Shown here in pieces: positions 63,918 through 64,000 of a DNA stretch of 64,000 bases; within the stretch, counting starts at the first letter, position 1, and every line of letters begins with the position of its first letter. The notes below the pieces were generated by a model that made no database searches, had not been told where the DNA came from, and saw only the letters and a program-made list of their open reading frames with translations. Location: NCBI RefSeq assembly GCF_009914755.1, contig NC_060930.1; one strand, written 5' to 3'. The position numbers and the translations under genes were made by a program. The stretch comes from the human T2T-CHM13v2.0 reference genome, Homo sapiens.

Positions 63918-64000
63918 AGCCTGAGAAGCATAGTGAGATCCCATCTCTACCAAAAAAAAAAAAAAAAATTAGCCAGGCATGGTGGTGCACCCTTGTGGTC
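63918..64000 (+). mobile_element. Partial Alu running off the window end
   Basis: cagcctgagaagcatagtgagatcccatctctac-A-run-ttagccaggcatggtgg. Confidence 0.75.

Overview
Human genomic DNA from the LIN28B locus (6q), + strand. Positions 1-48503 are the distal part of the long last intron. The terminal exon (about 48504-53422) encodes both CCHC zinc knuckles and the C-terminal NLS, followed by a ~4.5 kb 3'UTR with let-7, miR-125, miR-30, miR-9, miR-181 and miR-26 seed matches. About 10 kb of downstream intergenic DNA follows. The rest is repeat-rich: about 35 Alus (one a young AluYb8), a 5'-truncated antisense L1PA, old L1M/L2/MER/LTR fossils, a THE1 LTR nested in an Alu, and a U6 retrocopy split by an Alu. 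Nearly all ORFs in the track are Alu/L1 artefacts. The most interesting unexplained signals are: (1) a 107-bp TSD-flanked, A-tailed retrocopy of a tiny double-hairpin RNA (32166-32272); (2) a candidate in-frame alternative last exon with tandem AATAAA (6604-~6820); (3) a candidate in-frame or poison exon at 35161 that resembles the mouse Lin28b cassette exon, near a POU octamer/MORE cluster; (4) a ~200-bp non-Alu inverted duplication; (5) a divergent CTCF motif pair bracketing the terminal exon. Repeat boundaries and family names were judged by eye and are approximate.
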